DNA of 64,000 nt from an uncultured virus (IMG/VR IMGVR_UViG_2843834578_000006) (IMGVR_UViG_2843834578_000006), one strand, 5' to 3'. Numbered from the stretch's first letter, positions 19,460 to 29,394 are shown. The notes: a model not told the origin generated them from the sequence alone. Numbers and translations are program-made.

Positions 19460-19993
19460 ATGACTGAACCTATCAAAAACAAGGCAACTATTGCTGACTT
19501 TAATCTTGCATTTGACCGTCTTATCGGACACGAGGGCGGTTATGTGAACGACCCGAAAGACCCCGGTGGCGAAACGAATTGGGGTATCACTATCCATACT
19601 GCCCGTGCGAATGGCTATACCGGCTCTATGCGTGCAATGAGCCGTGCGGATGCGAAAACTATTTACCTCAAAGCCTTTTGGCAACGTTATAACTGTGAGC
19701 AGTTCCCGCCTGAGTTGGCTTTTCAGTTTTTAGATGCGTGTGTAAACCACGGTTCGGGCAATGCTAGCCGAATGTTACAGCGAGCGGTAGGTGTGGCTGA
19801 TGACGGCATTATCGGTAAAGTGACTTTGGCTGCGATTGAGCGTTATTCGGTTGCGGATGTGGGCTTGTTATTTCAGGCAGAACGCCTTGAGTTTTACACC
19901 AAACTCAAACACTTTGACCGTTTTGGTAGAGGTTGGATTAACCGAATGGCGGGTAATTTGCGTTATTTTGCCAAAGACACGGTGGAGGAATAA
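19460..19993 (+). CDS. Endolysin, GH108 with peptidoglycan-binding domain
   Basis: HEGGYVNDPKDPGGETNWGIT; FGRGWINR. Confidence 0.93.
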   Translation: MTEPIKNKATIADFNLAFDRLIGHEGGYVNDPKDPGGETNWGITIHTARANGYTGSMRAMSRADAKTIYLKAFWQRYNCEQFPPELAFQFLDACVNHGSGNASRMLQRAVGVADDGIIGKVTLAAIERYSVADVGLLFQAERLEFYTKLKHFDRFGRGWINRMAGNLRYFAKDTVEE

Positions 19994-19995
19994 TC

Positions 19996-20241
19996 GTGAA
20001 GCAATTTTTACTTGATTTAATTACCAATAAAGACGGCACAGCCAGCACCACTGGCTTTATTCAGTTTATGAGCTGGTTAGTGTTATCGGGCATTTTAATT
20101 CACGCCTACCTTTACGATAAGCCGTTTATTTCCGACTGGTGGTTTGCTTATGCTGGTATTTGTGTATTGGGTAGCCCAGCCACAAAAGGGGTGGTAAGTG
20201 CGTTAAAACAAAAAGAACGCTCAAGGGAGGCTGAAGAATGA
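19996..20241 (+). CDS. Putative holin (DUF2644-like)
   Basis: Two TM segments; LITN.DG..STTGFIQF. Confidence 0.75.
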   Translation: MKQFLLDLITNKDGTASTTGFIQFMSWLVLSGILIHAYLYDKPFISDWWFAYAGICVLGSPATKGVVSALKQKERSREAEE

Positions 20242-20597
20242 TTACTCAACAAATTGCAGGTGTGGTTGGTGTAGTAAGCACAATTTTAGCCTATGCCTTT
20301 TATAAAAGCTGGCAATTAAAGCAGGAGCGGAAACTTACCGCTACATTAAAGGCGGAAAAGCAGCAACAAGCGGTCGAAATTCAACAAAAAAATGCAGAGG
20401 TTAAAAATGCCAAAATTCAGCAAAAACACGTTAGTGAAACTCGCCGTATTCAGCCTAGTGCCATTGATGAGCAGTTGCACCAACACGGTTACTTCCGTGA
20501 CGACAACGGGTTGCACGGCGTTCGGTCTGATTTACCCGAGCCGTGCGGACACAATGGAAACGAAACGCCAAGTGCTTGCACACAATCTGACCTATGA
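20238..20597 (+). CDS. i-spanin (Rz-like)
   Basis: N-terminal TM plus coiled coil. Confidence 0.75.
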   Translation: MITQQIAGVVGVVSTILAYAFYKSWQLKQERKLTATLKAEKQQQAVEIQQKNAEVKNAKIQQKHVSETRRIQPSAIDEQLHQHGYFRDDNGLHGVRSDLPEPCGHNGNETPSACTQSDL

Positions 20598-20625
20598 GGA
20601 AGTTTGCCAGAATGAAGTTAATTAA
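20407..20625 (+). CDS. o-spanin lipoprotein (Rz1-like), overlapping in another frame
   Basis: Lipobox LMSS-C; overlaps i-spanin 3' half. Confidence 0.75.
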   Translation: MPKFSKNTLVKLAVFSLVPLMSSCTNTVTSVTTTGCTAFGLIYPSRADTMETKRQVLAHNLTYEEVCQNEVN

Positions 20626-20767
20626 AAAACTCAGACAGCGTTGGCAACAATGGCGTTTTTATCGCCGCCGTCCTGACCTTGCAGAATTGCATAACGTGGT
20701 GCGTGCGGCGGTGGCACAAGGTAATCAACACCCGGTCGGGCGAGCCAAAAGGGGGCGTTATGATTGA
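20612..20767 (+). CDS. 51-aa basic hypothetical protein (absent from ORF track)
   Basis: RBS GAGGA; MKLIKKLRQRWQQWRFYRRR..; fills the operon gap. Confidence 0.5.
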   Translation: MKLIKKLRQRWQQWRFYRRRPDLAELHNVVRAAVAQGNQHPVGRAKRGRYD

Positions 20768-21017
20768 TGAAAAACTGTTTCAGATGCTGATCTCTTTTGT
20801 AGTTGCTCCGTTAGTGGCGTTTGTAGGCAAGGTCATATTTGATCGTATCAACCGCAATGAGCAAACGGTAAAAGAGCTAAAAGCAGAAATGGAGAGCAAA
20901 TATCAATCCAAAGAGCTTGCCCACGAAGTGAATAGAGGGATTAAGGAAAAGCTGGACGATATTTTAGACTCGCTCAAAGAAGTAAACCAAAAACTTGATA
21001 AAAAGGCGGATAAGTAA
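20760..21017 (+). CDS. TM/coiled-coil protein (Mu gp25 position)
   Basis: MIDEKLFQMLISFVVAPLV..; coupled. Confidence 0.7.
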   Translation: MIDEKLFQMLISFVVAPLVAFVGKVIFDRINRNEQTVKELKAEMESKYQSKELAHEVNRGIKEKLDDILDSLKEVNQKLDKKADK

Positions 21018-21271
21018 TGAGCCGTAAAAAACAAAAGCAAACCGATTCGGAAAAATTAGACCTGATTTTAGGTGGATTAAATGAGCTAAACGATAAGGTG
21101 GATAAACAAAACGAAGAAATCGAACGCTTACACCGTGAAATCCAAGCGACTAATCGTTTAGTGAATGAAATGGCACGTAAAAACCGCCGTGATGCTGTAG
21201 TTGCCGGTGGCTTGGGTGGTGGCATTGTTGCTGTGGGTTTTGAGTTGTTACGCCTGAAATTTGGAATGTAG
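21017..21271 (+). CDS. Coiled-coil protein with C-terminal TM
   Basis: AVVAGGLGGGIVAVG. Confidence 0.7.
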   Translation: MSRKKQKQTDSEKLDLILGGLNELNDKVDKQNEEIERLHREIQATNRLVNEMARKNRRDAVVAGGLGGGIVAVGFELLRLKFGM

Positions 21272-21278
21272 AGGGCGT

Positions 21279-21779
21279 ATGGCACACGATGTTGAAGTAC
21301 AAAAAGCGGTTCGGCAAGCCTATGTGTTTGACCGTTTAAGCCTCGAAATGGCAGCAGAACGTGCAGGGGTATCATTCGGCACGGCACGGCGTTGGAAAGC
21401 GGCTGCTGAAAAGAACGGTGATAACTGGGAAAAAGCTCGTGATGTGCAAGCGATGGCAAGCGGTGGTATTGAGAATATCGCTCAAGGCTTGTTAGCCGGT
21501 TTTTTAATTAAGTACCGCACGTTGATGACGGAGCTTGAGGAAAACACCGAAATGCCAACCGCAGCTAAGGTTGAGGCATTAGCTGCTCTGGCTGATTCGT
21601 TTGCGAAGATGACGGCATCGAGCAAGAAACTATTGCCTGAAACAAGTGCAATGGCAACCGCTATGCGTGCGATTGAGATGATGGCGAATATCGTCAAAAC
21701 CAAGAAACCGCATTTATTGCCTGACTTTTTAGAAATGTTAGATGAGCTAGAAGTGCAATTCAAAAAGGAGTTTAAGTAA
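21279..21779 (+). CDS. Mu gp27-like (DUF1804), putative terminase small subunit
   Basis: MAHD..YVFDRLSLE.AA..GVS.GTARRWK..GDNWEKAR. Confidence 0.85.
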   Translation: MAHDVEVQKAVRQAYVFDRLSLEMAAERAGVSFGTARRWKAAAEKNGDNWEKARDVQAMASGGIENIAQGLLAGFLIKYRTLMTELEENTEMPTAAKVEALAALADSFAKMTASSKKLLPETSAMATAMRAIEMMANIVKTKKPHLLPDFLEMLDELEVQFKKEFK

Positions 21780-21925
21780 TGGCTAAGAAAAAACAAACTG
21801 TAGTGCATAAGCATTACTCTTTCCGTTGGATTGTCCAACTTGCTTGTATTTTCGGAGCAATAAAACTAATGCTCAACGGTACAGACGGTTGGGGCTGGTT
21901 GTTGCTTATCGCAGCTTGTATGTAA
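21779..21925 (+). CDS. 48-aa membrane peptide (absent from ORF track)
   Basis: RBS AAGGAG, TAATG coupling; ..DGWGWLLLIAACM. Confidence 0.6.
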   Translation: MAKKKQTVVHKHYSFRWIVQLACIFGAIKLMLNGTDGWGWLLLIAACM

Positions 21926-21928
21926 TTT

Positions 21929-23554
21929 ATGAAAATCAAAGAATTTGAAAAAGAACTGGAAGAATTACGGCGACAGTTACAACAAAATATCGAAGCGAGT
22001 TTTGAGGGTTGGGACGATAAACCACAAGCCATTAGCGAACGCCGTCAAAAGGTTTTAGACCCTGTTCACGGCTTTGAGTATTTTGTGCAGGCTTATTTTC
22101 CACACTATGTGCGGTCTGAACATAAATCACAGTTGCATCATTATCTCTTTGAGAATTTACCGCTTTCGGTAAGTGATCTTTCTAAGTCAGTCCGCCAAGC
22201 GATTGCAGCCCCTCGTGGCGAGGCAAAATCAACGATTTGTACGCAATTATTCCCGCTGTGGTGTTTAGTCCGTGATTTAAAAAGATACATCATTATTGCG
22301 ATGGACACCAAAGAACAGGCATACAGTATGCTTGAAGCTATTAAAGTGGAAATTGAATCTAACCCTCGTTTAAGAATTGATTTCCCCGAGGTTGCACAAG
22401 GCAAGGTTTGGCGTGCAGGTGTCATTATGACGGCTAAAAAACAAAAAGTTGAAGCTGTGGGGGCTGGGCAAAAATTGCGTGGTCGTCGCCACGGAGCTTA
22501 TCGTCCGGATTTAGTAGTACTTGATGATATTGAGAATGATGAAAGCGTAGAAACACCTGCACAGCGTAATAAATTGCATAACTGGGTTTTAAAAGCAGTT
22601 TTAAAACTTGGTGCTGCAGGTGAAAAGTTTGATGTTATCTATGTCGGCACAATTCTACATTATGACAGTGTGCTTAGCCGTATTTTAAATACAAAAGGTT
22701 GGCGGCGAGTTCGTTTTAAAGCCATTTTACGCTTTCCCGGCAATATGGCGTTATGGGACGAATGGGAAAATATATACCTCTCGGAAGAAGGGGACGATGA
22801 CACTATGTCTGATCTCTTTTATCAACAGCATAAAGCAGAAATGGATAAAGGAGCGTTAGTCTCTTGGTTAGCTCGCCCTATCCTCTACTTGATGAAAATC
22901 CGTGCTAGTGATGGGCACTCAGCATTTGACTCCGAGTATCAAAATGACCCTGTCTCGGGTGATGATGCGATTTTTGCCAACAGTATCCAGTATTGGACGG
23001 AACTGCCTGATGACCTGATTTATTTCGGGGCGTTAGACCCCTCAATGGGGAAAGCTGGGGCAAGCCGTGACCCATCTGCAATTTTGGTCGGTGGCTATCA
23101 TCGTGAGAGTGGCAAGCTCTATGTTGTTGAGGCACAAATCAAAAAACGATTGCCGGATTTAATTATTGAGGACGTGATTAGACTGCATTCGCAATATAAC
23201 TGTCACCGCTGGTTTGTGGAGACGGTGCAATTTCAGGAGTTTTTGCAGACGGAACTGGTCAAGCGTTCTGCCCAGCGTGGTAAGCCGGTGCCGGCAACGG
23301 CAACCAAGCCGAACAGTGACAAGATGTTACGGATTGAGAGCTTGCAACCGCATATTGCCAACGGTTTGATTTTGTTGCACCGCTCGCAATCTACGCTTGA
23401 AAGCCAGCTTCGCCATTTTCCGAAAGCCGATCACGATGATGGTCCGGATGCGTTGGAAATGTTATGGCGAAATGCACTCAGCAGCTCTGCCCCGATTGAG
23501 TGGGAGAGTGTAGATGATTTTGACGGTGAGTATCGCAGTAAGTGGCGGCATTAA
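21929..23554 (+). CDS. Terminase large subunit (Mu gp28-like)
   Basis: APRGEAKST, RPDLVVLDD, ALDPS, HDDGPDA. Confidence 0.93.
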   Translation: MKIKEFEKELEELRRQLQQNIEASFEGWDDKPQAISERRQKVLDPVHGFEYFVQAYFPHYVRSEHKSQLHHYLFENLPLSVSDLSKSVRQAIAAPRGEAKSTICTQLFPLWCLVRDLKRYIIIAMDTKEQAYSMLEAIKVEIESNPRLRIDFPEVAQGKVWRAGVIMTAKKQKVEAVGAGQKLRGRRHGAYRPDLVVLDDIENDESVETPAQRNKLHNWVLKAVLKLGAAGEKFDVIYVGTILHYDSVLSRILNTKGWRRVRFKAILRFPGNMALWDEWENIYLSEEGDDDTMSDLFYQQHKAEMDKGALVSWLARPILYLMKIRASDGHSAFDSEYQNDPVSGDDAIFANSIQYWTELPDDLIYFGALDPSMGKAGASRDPSAILVGGYHRESGKLYVVEAQIKKRLPDLIIEDVIRLHSQYNCHRWFVETVQFQEFLQTELVKRSAQRGKPVPATATKPNSDKMLRIESLQPHIANGLILLHRSQSTLESQLRHFPKADHDDGPDALEMLWRNALSSSAPIEWESVDDFDGEYRSKWRH

Positions 23555-23561
23555 TGTAACT

Positions 23562-23582
23562 CCCCTCTTTGCTAAAGAGGGG
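23562..23582. repeat. REP-like palindrome, copy 2
   Basis: CCCCTCTTT-gct-AAAGAGGGG. Confidence 0.7.
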
Positions 23583-23622
23583 GACTATATTGAGCGTAAC
23601 TAAGCTCTGAAAAGGAAAATTT

Positions 23623-25248
23623 ATGAGCAAAAAGAAGCATAACAAGCAGATTAAACCGAATTTAAACCCGATTAAAAATCAAGAATTGCAGACGGATTTA
23701 GCCGAAATTACCGCTACAGGTCGGGTACTCTCCGACCATCCGAGCAATTTTATTACGCCTGCTAAAATGAAAGCGATTTTTGAAGATACGGAGAATGGCG
23801 ATATTACCGCTCAACACGAATTATTTATGGATATTGAGGAGCGGGACAGCTCTATTTTTGCCAATATCCAAACCCGTAAGCGTGCCGCATTAGGCGTAGA
23901 TTGGGCGATTGTTGCCCCTCGCAATGCCACACCGCAGGAAGAAAAACTGCGTGATGAGGTTGATGAGTTATTTTATCAGCTCGGCAACCTTGAAGATTTG
24001 GTGATGGACTGTATGGACGCTGTGGGACACGGTTTTGCTGCCCTCGAAATTGAATGGGCGTTTAACGGTAAATTGTGGTATCCGAACGCCTTTATCCACC
24101 GTCCTCAATCGTGGTTTAAGTGGGATAAGCACGACAATCTGTTGCTGAAAACCCGACAAAATACCGAAGGTGAGCCATTACGAGAATTTGGCTGGGTGGT
24201 GCATACGCATAAATCCCGCTCCACACAGGCGGCACGCAATAATTTATTCCGCTCGCTGGCTTGGCTGTATATGTTTAAACACTACTCTATCCACGACTTT
24301 GCCGAGTTTTTGGAGCTGTATGGTATGCCTATCCGCATTGGTAAATACGGTGCAGGGGCAACACCAAACGAAAAACAAACGCTTAAACGTGCATTAGCGG
24401 AAATCGGACACAACGCTGCCGGAATTATGCCGGAGTCGATGAGTATTGAGTTGCATAACGCCGCTAATGCAGGCGGTGCAGCCGGCAATAATCCGTTTTT
24501 GCAAATGGTGGATTGGTGTGAGAAGTCTATCGCCCGCTTGATTTTGGGGCAAACCTTAACCAGCGGTGCAGACGGCAAAAGCTCTACCAATGCACTCGGC
24601 AATGTGCATAACGAAGTGCGGCGTGATTTGTTGGTGTCGGACGTGAAACAGCTGGGGCAGACGTTTACCCAACAAATTATTCTGCCGTTTCTGCAAATTA
24701 ATTTTGGCAATATCGACCCAACCCGCATTCCGAGTTTTGAGTTTGATACCAAAGAGCCTGCCGACTTGGCGTTATTTGCCGAGAGCTTGCCGAAATTGGT
24801 GGATATTGGAATGCCGATTCCGGTGCAGTGGGCGATGGATAAACTCGGTATTCCCGAAGCTCAAGAAAATGAAGCGGTGTTAGGGCGTTCTGCCCCGCCA
24901 CAAGCGGTGGGGTTATCCGCAAATTTTCCGCAAAAAATGACCGCTTGCGAATGCGGTTGTGGGGGCAAGGTTCACGCTTTGTCGGCCCAAACCAAAACGG
25001 GCATTAAAGAGCAAGATGCCTTAGATGATTTGGCAGACGAGGCTTTTTCCGTGCCGGATTTTAACGCCCAATTTGACCCCATCACGAAAAAGGCGGTGGC
25101 GGTGGTAATGGCGTGTAGCTCTTATGATGAGGCAGCAGAAAAATTGGCGGCAGCCTACCCTGATTTAGTGAGTGAAGAACACGACCGCTATTTAGCGAAT
25201 GCGTTATTTTTGGCGGATTTATTAGGGGCTGCGAATGCAGAAAGTTAA
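23623..25248 (+). CDS. Portal protein (Mu gp29, DUF935)
   Basis: FLELYGMPIRIGKY..ILGQTLTS..ALGNVHNEVR. Confidence 0.93.
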   Translation: MSKKKHNKQIKPNLNPIKNQELQTDLAEITATGRVLSDHPSNFITPAKMKAIFEDTENGDITAQHELFMDIEERDSSIFANIQTRKRAALGVDWAIVAPRNATPQEEKLRDEVDELFYQLGNLEDLVMDCMDAVGHGFAALEIEWAFNGKLWYPNAFIHRPQSWFKWDKHDNLLLKTRQNTEGEPLREFGWVVHTHKSRSTQAARNNLFRSLAWLYMFKHYSIHDFAEFLELYGMPIRIGKYGAGATPNEKQTLKRALAEIGHNAAGIMPESMSIELHNAANAGGAAGNNPFLQMVDWCEKSIARLILGQTLTSGADGKSSTNALGNVHNEVRRDLLVSDVKQLGQTFTQQIILPFLQINFGNIDPTRIPSFEFDTKEPADLALFAESLPKLVDIGMPIPVQWAMDKLGIPEAQENEAVLGRSAPPQAVGLSANFPQKMTACECGCGGKVHALSAQTKTGIKEQDALDDLADEAFSVPDFNAQFDPITKKAVAVVMACSSYDEAAEKLAAAYPDLVSEEHDRYLANALFLADLLGAANAES

Positions 25249-26534
25249 TTTTGCCATTGGACTAGAGCCTAAGCAGGCGATTGAGTTTTTACGGCAGAAG
25301 AAGTTGCTTGCGAATAAAGTGTTTAAGCAGGAATTATTTGATTCTGCATTGGGGCGAGCCGCCACCATTAGCAAGCTCACTAGCCTTGAAATGACCCGTG
25401 ATATTTATGAGTCGATGGAAAAAGCACGGCGTGAGGGGAAATCCTTTAATGAATGGAAGAAAACGCTTACGGCAGAATTTGAACGGAAAGGCTGGGTGTA
25501 TGGACACGACGATTAGTCGTGGCATTGATGGCAAACTGCTTGCCGACCCGAAAACCGGCGAGCATTTCGGCACGCCTCGCCGCTTGAATACGATTTATCG
25601 TACCAATATGCAACAGGCTTATTCTGCGGCTCGTTATCAGCGGTATATGGATAATGTGGATAATCGCCCTTATTGGCAATATTCGGCGGTAGGCGACCAA
25701 CGCACCCGCCCTGCTCACCAAGCATTACAGGGTAAGATTTATCGTTATGACGATCCGTTTTGGGCGACTTTTTATCCGCCGAACGGCTTTAATTGCCGTT
25801 GTACCGTGATTGCGTTAAGTGAGCGGGATTTAAAGCGTAAAGGGATTGACGAAGTCGGCAGTAGCGAGCCGTTTTTAGTGAAGGCAAAACGACCGAAAGA
25901 TAAGTTAGGCAACCAAGAGGAAACCATTGGCTTTAAATTGGCTGATGGTACGGTGCGATTGGCTGATAAAGGTTTTGATTATAATGTGGGGCGTTTAACC
26001 TATAAGCCGAATTTGGATTTATACCCTGAAAAGCTGGCTTACCAATTTACCAAAGCAGAAATGAGCGGTGGTGAATTTAAGCAGGCGTTTAACAAGTTAG
26101 AAGAGGCTGTGGCACTTGCCAAAGATGGGGCGAAAAAACTCTCGCCTGATGAGATGGTTAAAGTGCGAAATGCCCTTAATCAAAACTTTAAATTTGCTGC
26201 TGGTCGGTTAAGTGAGGAAACACAACGCTTAATCGACAGTAAAGTCGGCACGGTATGGCTTTCGGATGACACACTGATTAAGCAGTTTTATAGCCGTGAG
26301 GGGCAGGATTTTGGGTTTGATGTGTATGCAAATATTCCTGATGTAATTTTTCAGCCTAATCATATTTTGCAAGAAGGCAAAAATTTCAGCTTTATACGAA
26401 ACTTTGAGCATTATCGTATTCTTGTTGTGGTGAAATACTTAGAAGAGTTTGGTGAATTATTTCTGGTATCAACAAGGGAGATTGGACAAAAAGAATTGGA
26501 TAAGCTGCTGTTGAAAAATACGGTTATTAGGTAA
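25235..26534 (+). pseudogene. Mu gpF/gp30 minor head protein with C-terminal BECR-like nuclease extension, frameshifted near 25510
   Basis: RRLNTIYRTN..D.RTRP.H..YPPNGFNCRC MuF motif; GHD|ISRGIDG frame break. Confidence 0.82.
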
Positions 26535-26635
26535 GGCTCCCGGTCACTTACACACGCTCTCGGTCATTTGAGCAGGACTTGCCATCTCAAATAGGCTGCG
26601 GCAGGGAGATTATCACCGCTTTTCTAATAACCGTA
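26519..26635 (+). ncRNA. Candidate structured RNA element after the MuF-nuclease gene
   Basis: 12-bp enclosing inverted repeat, two internal hairpins, loop-to-3' pairing CTCCC/GGGAG. Confidence 0.45.
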
Positions 26636-26684
26636 AAAGGAATATACCCCTGTTTATTTTAAAAATCAACTTGCAAGGTTAAAA

Positions 26685-27101
26685 ATGATTGAAATCCAAA
26701 TCCACGGCATTGATGAAATTATTGCCACGCTTAACCGTATTGCTGCTAAAACGGCAAATAAAACAGACTTGATGCGGAATATTGCCGGCAAAATGGAATC
26801 GGCGGTACTGACCAATTTTGATGAGGGCGGTCGCCCGAAATGGCTGGGTATAAAACATCGGCAAGGCACGCCGTTAGTTGATACGGAAAATTTAATGGGC
26901 AGCATTACTGCTGATTATAATAATGATTCGGCGATTGTTGGCACAAATGAGCCTTATGCTGCTATTCATCAATTCGGTGGTATGGCTGGGCGTGGGCGTA
27001 AAGTAAAAATTGAAGCCCGACCTTTTTTACAATTAACCTCGCAAGACAGGCAAGATATTTTGGACGATGTGCAAGCCTACTGGCAAAAACTGCTGGATTA
27101 A
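26685..27101 (+). CDS. Virion morphogenesis protein (Mu gpG)
   Basis: VGTNEPYAAIHQFGG..ARPFL. Confidence 0.92.
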   Translation: MIEIQIHGIDEIIATLNRIAAKTANKTDLMRNIAGKMESAVLTNFDEGGRPKWLGIKHRQGTPLVDTENLMGSITADYNNDSAIVGTNEPYAAIHQFGGMAGRGRKVKIEARPFLQLTSQDRQDILDDVQAYWQKLLD

Positions 27102-27281
27102 GCGATAAGATAATCGCCACAGATAGCCCCTAAATCGCTCTCTGTGGCGTTTTTGTTTTTTTTATGGTGATTTATCATTCCAACTTTTTTAAAATTTTTT
27201 AAAACGGATTTAAAGCGTTTTAAAATGGGTTACATTCCTCGCTGAATACAAGCGGTTGTTTTTTTCTGAAAATTTGCAACT

Positions 27282-27305
27282 TGTGGAAGTTGCTCCCCGT
27301 TACTC
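27282..27305 (+). promoter_or_regulatory. Putative late promoter motif (head operon)
   Basis: TGTGGAAGttgCTCCCCGTTACTC. Confidence 0.65.
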
Positions 27306-27359
27306 TTTTTTCTCAATCTTCTATTCTTTAGCCTCATTAATTTGTTTTGAGGTGTTTTT

Positions 27360-28430
27360 GTGTTTAAGCATAAATTCAAACTAAACCCCATTGCATTGAG
27401 TTTTAAACTCAACCAAGAGGCAAATGGACGTATTCAACTTTTCCCTTTTGGTTGGTTTGAGGCTCAAGACGGGCGTGGAGGACGTTGGTATGTAGGTGAC
27501 GAGAATGGCTATGCGTTAGCCGATGATATTAACAACACTGCGATTGATCTGATGATTGATTATGAGCATCAGACCCTGTACATCGCCGAGAACGGCAAAG
27601 GCAACCCTGCTGCGGGTTGGATTACCAAGGCGGAATATATCTCGGGCGAAGGCTTGTTTGCGGATGTTAAGTGGACACCACAAGCGACCCAAGAGATTAA
27701 AGACGGCGTTTATCGCTATCTCTCGCCACTGTTTTTGACAGACGGCAGCGGAATGGTAATTAAGGTACTTAATGCCGCCTTAACTAACCGCCCTGCCTTG
27801 CATAATCTGCAAGAGGTGGTTGCGATGTCTAGCCAATTTGCCAAATTTTTAACCCCCGAAGAGGAAAATCCAAAAATGAAAGAACTCTTAATTAAATTAT
27901 TTGCATTGTCGGCAAATGCGACCGATGAGCAGATTACCGAAAAACTGACCGCACTTGAGAAAGCCAAAGGCGACAGCCCGGTGGCGTTAAGTGATGTTTA
28001 TACCGAGCTGGCAAAAGAGAAAAGCCAAGTGGTTGCACTCTCTGCCAAAGTGAATCACCCTGACCCGGCGAAGTTTGTGGCGTTAAGCGACTTGCAAGCA
28101 GTGCAAACCGAGCTGAACGGCTTAAAACAGCAAATCAACGATAAAGAGCGTGATGCGTTAATTCAAACCGCTCTTTCTGACGGTCGGTTATTGCCGGCTC
28201 AAAAAGCGTGGGCGGAAAAGCTCGGTAAGCAAGATTTAGTGGCTTTATCCGACTTTTTGAAAACGGTAACACCTAACCCCGCTTTAGCAAGTACGCAGTC
28301 GGGGGGTGAAGACCCGAACAAAGGTACGGAGAAAGTGGCGTTATCTGCTGCGGAAATTGCAGCAGCAAAATCGCTTGGTTTAAGCGAAGCAGCTTACATT
28401 GAAAAATATAAAACAGAGGAATCCAAGTAA
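27360..28430 (+). CDS. Head protease gpI with nested scaffold (gpZ-like internal start at 27876)
   Basis: IDYEHQT, PAAGW, YRYLSP, AALTNRPAL; internal GAGGA..ATG in frame. Confidence 0.92.
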   Translation: MFKHKFKLNPIALSFKLNQEANGRIQLFPFGWFEAQDGRGGRWYVGDENGYALADDINNTAIDLMIDYEHQTLYIAENGKGNPAAGWITKAEYISGEGLFADVKWTPQATQEIKDGVYRYLSPLFLTDGSGMVIKVLNAALTNRPALHNLQEVVAMSSQFAKFLTPEEENPKMKELLIKLFALSANATDEQITEKLTALEKAKGDSPVALSDVYTELAKEKSQVVALSAKVNHPDPAKFVALSDLQAVQTELNGLKQQINDKERDALIQTALSDGRLLPAQKAWAEKLGKQDLVALSDFLKTVTPNPALASTQSGGEDPNKGTEKVALSAAEIAAAKSLGLSEAAYIEKYKTEESK

Positions 28431-29347
28431 TGTTTAAAAAATCTGAATTATTAAAAGCACTTGATACTGCATTTCGTAAAGAATTTAGTGCTGGTTTAAA
28501 AGTGCTTGAACCACAATGGGGAACGGTTGCAATGAAGGTAAGCTCCAGCACCGCTACTAATACCTATGCTTGGCTGGGACAATTCCCGAAAATGCAAGAG
28601 TGGGTGGGCGACCGTCAAATTAAAAATATGCAAGCACAAGGAATGACGATTGAGAATAAATTATTTGAATCAACCGTTGCTGTGCCTCGTACTGCCATTG
28701 AAGATGACCAAGTGGGCTTATTTACCCCAATGGTGAAACAAGCGGCACAAAGTGCGGCTGAATTACCTGATGATTTGGTATTTAGTTTGTTGAAAAAAGG
28801 TAAGACAACCCTTTGCTATGACGGGCAGAACTTCTTTGATACCGATCACCCTGTTTATCAGAATGTTGATGGAACTGGCACAAGTAAAACACAAAGTAAT
28901 ATCACCACAGGCTCTGCCAGCGGTAAGCCTGCGTTCTATGTGCTAGATGATAGCCAAGCCATTAAGCCGTTAATTTGGCAAGAACGTACTACACCTGAAA
29001 TTGAAACGAAGTTTGATCCAAGTGAGTCAGACCACGTCTTTATGAAAGACCAATATTTATGGGGTGTGCGTGCTCGTGGTAATGCCGGTTTTGGTTTCTG
29101 GCAGTTAATTCACCGTGTTGAAGATAGTGAGTTAAATAGTGAAACCCTTGAAAAAGTATTAACTGCAATGCGCACCTTAAAAGGCGATGGCGATAAGCAG
29201 TTAAATATTCGCCCGACCACTTTGCTTGTGCCACCTTCGCTTGAGTTTGCTGCACGCAAATTACTCGAAGCAGAATTAATTGACGGCACAACCAACACCT
29301 TAAAAGGTGTGTTAAAAGTGGTAGTGAATCCATTTATTGCTGAATAA
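28430..29347 (+). CDS. Major capsid protein (Mu gpT)
   Basis: YAWLGQFP..CYDGQNFFDTDHPV..GFGFWQ. Confidence 0.95.
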   Translation: MFKKSELLKALDTAFRKEFSAGLKVLEPQWGTVAMKVSSSTATNTYAWLGQFPKMQEWVGDRQIKNMQAQGMTIENKLFESTVAVPRTAIEDDQVGLFTPMVKQAAQSAAELPDDLVFSLLKKGKTTLCYDGQNFFDTDHPVYQNVDGTGTSKTQSNITTGSASGKPAFYVLDDSQAIKPLIWQERTTPEIETKFDPSESDHVFMKDQYLWGVRARGNAGFGFWQLIHRVEDSELNSETLEKVLTAMRTLKGDGDKQLNIRPTTLLVPPSLEFAARKLLEAELIDGTTNTLKGVLKVVVNPFIAE

Positions 29348-29356
29348 GTTTAATGT

Positions 29357-29380
29357 TGGGCGTAGCAATACGCCCATTTT
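29357..29380 (+). terminator. Hairpin after gpT
   Basis: TGGGCGTA-GCAA-TACGCCCA-TTTT. Confidence 0.6.
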
Positions 29381-29394
29381 GAGAGGGTAGCAAA

